Part shown: in pieces, positions 58,228 through 64,000 of the stretch
Layout of the letters: every line of letters starts with the position of its first letter
Numbering within the stretch: the first letter of the stretch is position 1
Assembly (NCBI GenBank): GCA_029776065.1
Contig: JARVJP010000009.1
Location: forward strand, 196,514 to 260,513
Direction: 5' to 3'
DNA length: 64,000 bases
Source of the DNA: Nitrososphaeria archaeon
Lineage (GTDB): Archaea > Thermoproteota > Nitrososphaeria > JACIWG01
Program-made: the position numbers and the translations under genes
The notes under the pieces: generated by a model
Told to the model about the DNA's origin: nothing
What the model saw: the letters and a program-made list of their open reading frames with translations, nothing else
The model's database searches: none

Positions 58228-59553
58228 CTAAAATGGAATCTTTATTATTGCTCTGTCGTTGGGTAGTTGGGCTACGAACTCCCATCCCTGAGCTATATGG
58301 TGTTCTATATCGTTTATGCTTATGACCTTCTGTCTTGCGCCATTGTTGGCCATCGCGCCGAGCAGCTTGTTTCTCGCCATCTTGTGGAGGTCTTCGTCGC
58401 TTATCGAGGACAGGTCCATCTCGTCTACTTCGTCCTGTTTGAAGCCTGCTATCAGCAGCCACTGTTTCTTGAACGCCTCCTTCATCTTCTCCTCGCTTAC
58501 GGACTCTGCTCTCGTGGTCTGCAGGAACTCTTGTGACCTCCTATAGGCCTCCCTCATGTCCTCTACGACCTGCTCTGGTAGCCTCTGCTTGTTCGTCGTA
58601 TACCTGTTCTCGATGTCTCCTTTGTGGCCCATCCAGAACGTTCTATAGTCTCTCATGACTAGGCCCTTTGACTCTGCAAGCATAAGTTGGGTGTCGAAGT
58701 ATGATCTTAGCACGTAGGGCCTCCATGGAAAACCAGCCTTTCTGATCGCACCTCTTATTATGTCCCCTATGTTTATTGCCCGAATGAAGGGCTTCATCCT
58801 CTGCTTTGGTGTAATGATCGGAGACTCTTGAGTTAACGTTTCACCCTGCCGTATCCTATCCTCCAGATAATCCTTGAGATAATCACATCCCTCTTCACTC
58901 AAAAATGTGAAGTACTGGTGTCTGGCCTTACTCAGCTCCCTTCTCACAATAACCGTTGTTGGGATCTTCTTGAACTCGACCTTACCATCCTTTACCTCCA
59001 TCTCAGGGAAGTCTCTAACTCTTAATCCATTTTGGCCAAAGTAGTCTCCTAGAACCTCTATCCTAAGGCCTGAATGTGCAACTAGAACCGATGCTAACCT
59101 TGCCTTCTTGTCACCTGATAAGAATATCTTTCTCAGTTCCTCTCTCGTGGGAACTCTTTCATCTCTAAGAGATGGCGTATCCTGCGCACCCTTAACCTTC
59201 ACAGCAACCTTTAGCTCCCTCCTGTTGAAGGAAAGCCAAGAGCGAACCGCTTTCAACACGTTAACAACATAACTTCCAGCATAACCCCTTCCCTCCATCA
59301 AACCAACATAATCCATGACCAAACCTTGTAACCGATCATCATCCAATAACACGAGCTCCTTAGGCGACAAATGATTCAGAGCACAGAAACCCCCTAACCT
59401 CCTCAAACAAACATCCGCATTAACCCTAGAACCCCTCCCAAGGTTCTCATACCACCTCCTAACATTAATATCCTCCAAAAGAAAACCATACTTTAAAGCC
59501 ATACCATATCCTAACAAGCCTTTAAATAAAAACATATCGATACTTGAACCCAA
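58228..59553 (-). CDS. int: Tyrosine recombinase / integrase of the integrated element
   Basis: 441 aa. C-terminal catalytic region has …AHSGLRIEVL… (Arg I), …VLRSYFDTQL… (His/Arg II) and …MGHKGDIENRY (Tyr). Gene is markedly GC-rich. Start lies 8 nt from the tRNA-Trp 3' end. Confidence 0.8.
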   Translation of the reverse strand: MGSSIDMFLFKGLLGYGMALKYGFLLEDINVRRWYENLGRGSRVNADVCLRRLGGFCALNHLSPKELVLLDDDRLQGLVMDYVGLMEGRGYAGSYVVNVLKAVRSWLSFNRRELKVAVKVKGAQDTPSLRDERVPTREELRKIFLSGDKKARLASVLVAHSGLRIEVLGDYFGQNGLRVRDFPEMEVKDGKVEFKKIPTTVIVRRELSKARHQYFTFLSEEGCDYLKDYLEDRIRQGETLTQESPIITPKQRMKPFIRAINIGDIIRGAIRKAGFPWRPYVLRSYFDTQLMLAESKGLVMRDYRTFWMGHKGDIENRYTTNKQRLPEQVVEDMREAYRRSQEFLQTTRAESVSEEKMKEAFKKQWLLIAGFKQDEVDEMDLSSISDEDLHKMARNKLLGAMANNGARQKVISINDIEHHIAQGWEFVAQLPNDRAIIKIPF

Positions 59554-59560
59554 AACAAGG

Positions 59561-59693
59561 TGGGGCTAGTGGGACTTGAACCCACGGCTTACGGGTATCT
59601 TCACCCAGCTCCAAAGCTACATCATCCAAGGTAGTCAGCATACCCATATTTTGTTCTGGAGCCCGTTGTCCTTCCTTGCTGGACGATAGCCCC
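59561..59693 (-). tRNA. tRNA-Trp(CCA) with a ~60-nt intron in the anticodon loop
   Basis: Minus strand: acceptor GGGGCUA/UAGCCCC. D-arm GUCC-AGCAAGGAA-GGAC. Anticodon stem ACGGG … CCCGU with loop CUCCAG|intron|A. T-arm GUGGG-UUCAAGU-CCCAC. The intron contains AUGAUGU and CUGA box-like elements. Confidence 0.65.
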
Positions 59694-59787
59694 TTCTAGC
59701 AAATCAAACCATTGATTAAGTGGAAAATAAAAGTTTTCCATCAATAAAATAAAGATTTAATTAGGAGTAATTTGAGCGTAATGTTCA

Positions 59788-59904
59788 GCCGGCCATAGTG
59801 ATGTGGGATCTACCTGGTCTCGTCAGACCCCAGAAGTCAAACCATATCACGCCTTTGCGTTAGTGATGTGCAGAAGCCATCGCGAAGCAGAGGTGCCGGC
59901 GCCT
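59788..59904 (+). rRNA. rrf: 5S rRNA-like gene (orphan)
   Basis: About 117 nt and GC-rich, with paired ends (GCCGGCC…GGUGCCGGCGCC). 5' CCAUAG. GGUCUCGUCAGACCCCAGAAGUCAAAC resembles 5S loop C/helix III (…CCGAAC..GAAGUUAAGC…). Confidence 0.5.
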
Positions 59905-59935
59905 TAAACAAAAACATAAAATGGTGTAAAAAAAG

Positions 59936-61054
59936 ATGCTCGGTCGAACTCTACAGCTTTTCCCTGTAGACCAATCACTTCTTCAGCAGATATTATCTTT
60001 AATCTTCTATGGTATATTTTTTCTTTACTTGTTTTTTGGCCAAAGTATCCAGACACAACGTGTCCTTTACTCACTATCTGGGGCGTTGAATAAGATAAAA
60101 GATGCAAGAGACAAGTCAACAAAGGAACTTCAAGAGTTTCTTCAAAAGAATGGGTATAAAGGGGACGCTACACCCCAGATTGACAAATTAATAGAGCATT
60201 TTACAATCACACCTGTTAGCATAGATCCTGCAGGACTTGTTAAGAAGATAGAGCACCTTCTAAGTGTTAGAGACGAAAGGGTTAGATACGAAGTTAAGAA
60301 GCTTTTGCCAGAAAAGGATTCTGTAACAACATCTATAATGGAGAACTTGCTAGAAATATCGACGACCCTTAACCTATACTATAAGGTTGTTCGTCATTAC
60401 TACCTTGTTGGAAAGAAAACCTCAAACTATTATCTCCTTCTTCAATTACAAATTATATTGCCTGACCTTTTAAGAGAAGTTGAAGCTTTATACTCAGCGG
60501 TTGAACCGATCAAGAGTGGTCAGCCAATAGGAGATGGAATCGGAGCTGTGGTGGCGGGGAAACTTATGCTAAACTCAGAGAAGAAACCAATCGCTCGTGA
60601 CACCATTTTTAGTGAAGTACCTTACAAAAATAGGAAACTTTATGTTATAAAGGCAGAAGGTCCTGCAGCAAATGTTGGTCAACCTGGTAACGCTATAGAA
60701 TCGCTTGTTAACAAATATGGTGTAAAGCCATCCACAATAATAATGATAGATGCTGCATTAAAGCTAGAAGGGGAAATGACTGGGGAGGTCGCTGAAGGCG
60801 TTGGTGCTGCAATCGGTGGAATTGGTGTTGACAAATATAAAATAGAGGAAATAGCCTCCTCTATGGGGATTCCCCTTTATGCTATTATTATCAAAGAATC
60901 TATAGTAGAAGCGATCACCGCCATGACTAAAGAAATAGCAGAAGCTGCATCCAAAGTTCAAAGTCGATTAGATGCCTTAATCGAATCAAATACAAAGGAG
61001 GGTGACATTGTAATGGTCGTTGGTGTTGGAAACACATTAGGAGTTGGACAATAA
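59936..61054 (+). CDS. Conserved archaeal membrane-anchored protein of unknown function (DUF1512-like)
   Basis: N-terminal TM helix, then a soluble domain with glycine-rich blocks (…GDGIGAVVAGKLM…GVGAAIGGIGVD…VVGVGNTLG). Confidence 0.45.
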   Translation: MLGRTLQLFPVDQSLLQQILSLIFYGIFFLYLFFGQSIQTQRVLYSLSGALNKIKDARDKSTKELQEFLQKNGYKGDATPQIDKLIEHFTITPVSIDPAGLVKKIEHLLSVRDERVRYEVKKLLPEKDSVTTSIMENLLEISTTLNLYYKVVRHYYLVGKKTSNYYLLLQLQIILPDLLREVEALYSAVEPIKSGQPIGDGIGAVVAGKLMLNSEKKPIARDTIFSEVPYKNRKLYVIKAEGPAANVGQPGNAIESLVNKYGVKPSTIIMIDAALKLEGEMTGEVAEGVGAAIGGIGVDKYKIEEIASSMGIPLYAIIIKESIVEAITAMTKEIAEAASKVQSRLDALIESNTKEGDIVMVVGVGNTLGVGQ

Positions 61055-61245
61055 TGTCAAGCAAGTTATTTAAAAGTCAGAAACAGTCAAAGGTAGTTAC
61101 AATAGAAGAGTGCAACTCTTGTGGTTTAAAGATGAAACGGCTATTTCAGCCAAATGACTTTATCTTTAAAGAAGGGAGTAGTTGTCAAAAATGTGGTTCA
61201 AAAACGATAATGACATCTATATATAAAGAAGAAATCAGCTCCTAG
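61054..61245 (+). CDS. Small zinc-ribbon protein (C4)
   Basis: 63 aa. CNSCG … CQKCGS. Start overlaps the upstream stop. Confidence 0.4.
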   Translation: MSSKLFKSQKQSKVVTIEECNSCGLKMKRLFQPNDFIFKEGSSCQKCGSKTIMTSIYKEEISS

Positions 61246-62147
61246 ATCGTTGTTATTATGGCACCTCTTTCAGTAACTAGTACAGTATGTTCAAACTGGC
61301 AAACCACTTGCTCTGTTGCCTCCTTCAGAACTGGATACATTCTAATAACTTTATTTTTTGCTAGGTAGTCAAGTGCTCTAAGAATCTCATTTTTGTCATA
61401 CAAGTCAGTAAACCATCTTGCTGAAAATGGTAGAGTTTTTCTCCTTTCCCAAGCCTTTTCTAAGAATTCATCTGCTACTTTATCCTTCAACCTTTTCCTT
61501 TTAATTATGCTAAATATTGCCACTCTATCTATCTCTTCGACATAAGCTGCCGCATTATTTGTTGTAAGAAATGGCTCGATCGCATAGCATCTTCCAACTC
61601 CAAATCTTCCTATGTATCCGTTAACGGGCGTATTGGGAACAGACTGGCCTGCATGAATTTGGTATTGCCCAAGCTCATGGCCTGAGAGATTCGTAATCAC
61701 TTTATACCCCATTGAAAGCGCAGACGAATGTACAATATTTCCAACTTCTCCAACACTTTCCCCCGCCCTAATCTTCTTTAATGCGAGATTTAACACCTCT
61801 ATATTTGCATTTGTCATAGTGGTGTAGTAATCGCTAAAGTTGATTGTTATCGCAGTATCAGCTATGTAACCATCTACATGAACTCCTATATCGATTTTAA
61901 CAACATCTCCATCATTAACTTCTCTATCATCTTCTAATCGTGCAGTGTCGTGTGCAGCGATTTCATTTATACAAATATTAGTTGGAAAGGCTGGTTCACC
62001 ACCAAGCTCCCTTATTCTATTCTCAATTTGATCGCATATTTCAGAATATTTGATTCCAGGCTGAATCTTCGATCTAACCTCCTTTAAAATGGTACTCGCT
62101 ATTTTACCTGCTTTTAGGTACATCTCCATTTTCTCCAACTTTCTCAT
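61242..62147 (-). CDS. map: Methionine aminopeptidase (type 2, archaeal)
   Basis: …GGEPAFPTNICINEIAAHD…DGDVVKIDIGVHVDGYIADTA…LSGHELGQYQIHAG…. Start taken at the internal MRKLEKMEMYLKAGK rather than the ORF-track start at 62252. Confidence 0.8.
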   Translation of the reverse strand: MRKLEKMEMYLKAGKIASTILKEVRSKIQPGIKYSEICDQIENRIRELGGEPAFPTNICINEIAAHDTARLEDDREVNDGDVVKIDIGVHVDGYIADTAITINFSDYYTTMTNANIEVLNLALKKIRAGESVGEVGNIVHSSALSMGYKVITNLSGHELGQYQIHAGQSVPNTPVNGYIGRFGVGRCYAIEPFLTTNNAAAYVEEIDRVAIFSIIKRKRLKDKVADEFLEKAWERRKTLPFSARWFTDLYDKNEILRALDYLAKNKVIRMYPVLKEATEQVVCQFEHTVLVTERGAIITTI

Positions 62148-62240
62148 CTTATCTTGTTTAATCGTCTTATTTCTACTTTTAGCTAACACTTTATTAAGCA
62201 ATGCATCATCCAAGTAGGTAGAGCGAAAGCTGTGAATTAG

Positions 62241-62735
62241 ATGGATAAACATTATCTATTCAAACAAGTTATTTTGGGAGGGACCTTTGATTACATACAT
62301 AAAGGGCATGTGTCTCTTCTTGAGTCGAGTTTTAATTTAGGTGAACGAGTTGTTATAGGGTTATCTTCAGATTCACTGGTAAAGAATCTAGGCAAGTATG
62401 CAAATCATAATTATAAAGTTAGATTAAAGCAACTAAACGACTTTCTAAAAAAAAGGTACAAAAATAGGGACTATACAATAGTGGAACTTAAAGACCACTA
62501 CGGCCCAGCATTAGATTATGAATCAGATGCTATAGTAGTGAGTGAAGAGACAGGTAAGTTCGCTGACGAATGTAACCTCCTAAGACGTGTAATGAGTTTT
62601 CCTCCTTTGTATAAAATTGTAGTGCCATTGCTTCTGGCAGAAGATGGTGATCGAATTTCATCGACAAGGATTAGAAATAAGGAAATCGATCCTAAAGGGC
62701 GATTTCTTTCTCGGGATCATAAAGGAATTCATTAA
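62241..62735 (+). CDS. coaD: Phosphopantetheine adenylyltransferase (archaeal PPAT)
   Basis: Nucleotidyltransferase motif …ILGGTFDYIHKGHVSLL… ((H/T)xGH). 164 aa. Confidence 0.7.
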   Translation: MDKHYLFKQVILGGTFDYIHKGHVSLLESSFNLGERVVIGLSSDSLVKNLGKYANHNYKVRLKQLNDFLKKRYKNRDYTIVELKDHYGPALDYESDAIVVSEETGKFADECNLLRRVMSFPPLYKIVVPLLLAEDGDRISSTRIRNKEIDPKGRFLSRDHKGIH

Positions 62736-63840
62736 CCTTATCCTTTGCTTTTTCCCTTTTCTCTTGAAATTCTAATAAAAATTCTTTAACCTTATTAATC
62801 AGACACATTTTATGTTCCCCACATAGGAGTTTTCCTGTACGACATTCGATTTCAATTTCATTCAATTTAATATCATCTTTTTCAAAGAAGTACTTTTCAT
62901 AGAAGAATACAGGGCATATATCTGGATTTGCCCCTCTCTTCCTCTGCTCTTCTATTGTAGGTTGTCCTCCTGTGAAAGCGTTTTTGATCTTTCTCTCTAT
63001 ATCCTTAGGTTTGTCAGTTGTGTATATCGCAGTCTCTGGAAGTGATGATGACATCTTTCCACCTTTGCTTAATGCGGGTAAGAATTTAGAATGTACCTGT
63101 GCTGGTTTATAATAACCTAACTTTTCAGCTACATCCCTTGTCATCCTCCAAAAGTTGTCTTGATCTATAGCTGCAGGGATAAGGCATGGAACTGATCTTC
63201 TAAGTTTTTCAGAGTACAAAAATGCAGGTGCTGCTTGGATAGATGGAAAAAAGATCATTCCAATATTTGTTGAATCTTCAAATCCAAAGACTGCCTTAAC
63301 AGTTGAATAGGTAATAGCCTTTGCAACTCTAATAGAAATTGGGTAAAGCTCTTGAATTTTTTTTATGTCAATTAATATTTGTGTCCTTTTTGGATCGAAT
63401 CCAATTGCAATAATATCAAGAAGGTTGTCCAAAGTCATTTTGTTAACCTCATCCATAGATAACGTATCCCGATAAAGGAACTTTTCATCGTCTGTTACTT
63501 GGAAAAGAAGCTGGGCATTAAACTGTTCTTGTAAATACTTTGTGAAATACCATGGCAAGAGATGTCCTATGTGAACTTTTCCTGAGGGGCCTCTTCCAGT
63601 ATAGAGGTAGAATCTCTCTCCCTCTTCATACTTCTTAAATATCCAGTCTAAATCTCTATGACTAAAAAAGAAGGTCCTTCTAATAAAGAAATTTATCTCT
63701 CCTGTAAACTTCTTAAAATATTCTATTATGTCATCGTCGATGTACTTTGTGCCAAATTGTTGTACAAGTCTATTGTAATCTACTTCCCCTTCTACTACCC
63801 ATGGGGTTACCTCGTTTGCACCGGTTTTTGAGTTTTGCAT
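62692..63840 (-). CDS. trpS: Tryptophanyl-tRNA synthetase
   Basis: …YTGRGPSGKVHIGHLLP… (HIGH) and …KMSSS… (KMSKS). Archaeal/eukaryotic-type TrpRS architecture. Confidence 0.8.
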   Translation of the reverse strand: MQNSKTGANEVTPWVVEGEVDYNRLVQQFGTKYIDDDIIEYFKKFTGEINFFIRRTFFFSHRDLDWIFKKYEEGERFYLYTGRGPSGKVHIGHLLPWYFTKYLQEQFNAQLLFQVTDDEKFLYRDTLSMDEVNKMTLDNLLDIIAIGFDPKRTQILIDIKKIQELYPISIRVAKAITYSTVKAVFGFEDSTNIGMIFFPSIQAAPAFLYSEKLRRSVPCLIPAAIDQDNFWRMTRDVAEKLGYYKPAQVHSKFLPALSKGGKMSSSLPETAIYTTDKPKDIERKIKNAFTGGQPTIEEQRKRGANPDICPVFFYEKYFFEKDDIKLNEIEIECRTGKLLCGEHKMCLINKVKEFLLEFQEKREKAKDKVNEFLYDPEKEIAL

Positions 63841-63847
63841 TTATGGA

Positions 63848-64000
63848 GAAGGTTTATCAAAAAGATTTAAAAACATTATGAGAACATATGGAGCAGTAGA
63901 TTTCATGGAAATCGTACTTCATCCGATCGAAGTCGAAGTGCTTAAAGCCTTAAAGAATAAGGATAGTGTAAACTTAGAAGACCTTGTTAGTTTTACAACC
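63848..64000 (+). CDS. Partial (3'-truncated by window) hypothetical protein, wHTH-like N-terminus
   Basis: MRTYGAVDFMEIVLHPIEVEVLKALKNKDSVNLEDLVSFTT… runs off the window end. Confidence 0.3.

Larger units (their letters stand above)
49183..59575. mobile_element. Integrated element (~10.4 kb) in the 3' end of tRNA-Trp(CCA)
   Basis: Bounded by the 15-bp direct repeats. An intact tyrosine integrase abuts the tRNA. Cargo comprises a DNA methyltransferase, a putative restriction nuclease, further nuclease-fold proteins, and wHTH and RHH proteins. GC content is visibly higher at the integrase end. Confidence 0.7.

Noticed and set aside
58169-58546. ORFs 58169-58462 (-), 58267-58536 (+), 58316-58546 (+) within the integrase gene
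   Set aside because: Alternative-frame and antisense shadows of the GC-rich integrase CDS. Arg/Gln-rich, no motifs.
1-64000. CRISPR arrays / cas genes
   Set aside because: No array of regularly spaced direct repeats and no Cas-like proteins were found anywhere in the window. The only tandem repeat is the 18-bp duplication in the MTase gene.

Overview
This 64 kb window is a low-GC archaeal chromosomal segment (roughly one third G+C by eye). Its gene content points to a Euryarchaeota/DPANN-like lineage: PolD small subunit, Hef, AglB/STT3, TiaS, the AcnX-type archaeal mevalonate pathway, TFE, Rpo4, aIF2alpha, aIF5A, SRP54, and L44e/S27e/L21e.

The first ~47 kb is dense core information-processing territory.
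- A replication origin with two ORB-type repeats and an AT-rich unwinding region sits between divergent polD-small-subunit and orc1/cdc6 genes.
- A PriL-PriS-GINS-L44e-S27e-PCNA-aIF2alpha-Nop10 cluster follows.
- Ten tRNA genes are scattered through the window. Three carry introns, including a tRNA-His with a 17-nt insertion inside the T-loop.
- A GC-rich structured RNA that I call RNase P RNA lies between gcvH and a Tsr3-like gene, and an orphan 5S-like rRNA lies at ~59.8 kb.

The last ~17 kb is accessory. An ~10.4 kb integrated element lies at the 3' end of tRNA-Trp(CCA), bounded by a 15-bp direct repeat. It carries an intact GC-rich tyrosine integrase, a DNA methyltransferase plus a putative PD-(D/E)xK restriction partner, several further nuclease-fold, wHTH and RHH proteins of unknown function, and small membrane proteins.

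Several conserved genes appear disrupted or start-less in this assembly (PCNA C-terminus, COG1491 N-terminus, PriL N-terminus, a flavodoxin-like gene). This is either indel error or genuine recoding/decay.

No CRISPR array was seen. All calls come from reading the sequence and the supplied ORF translations; no database search was run.
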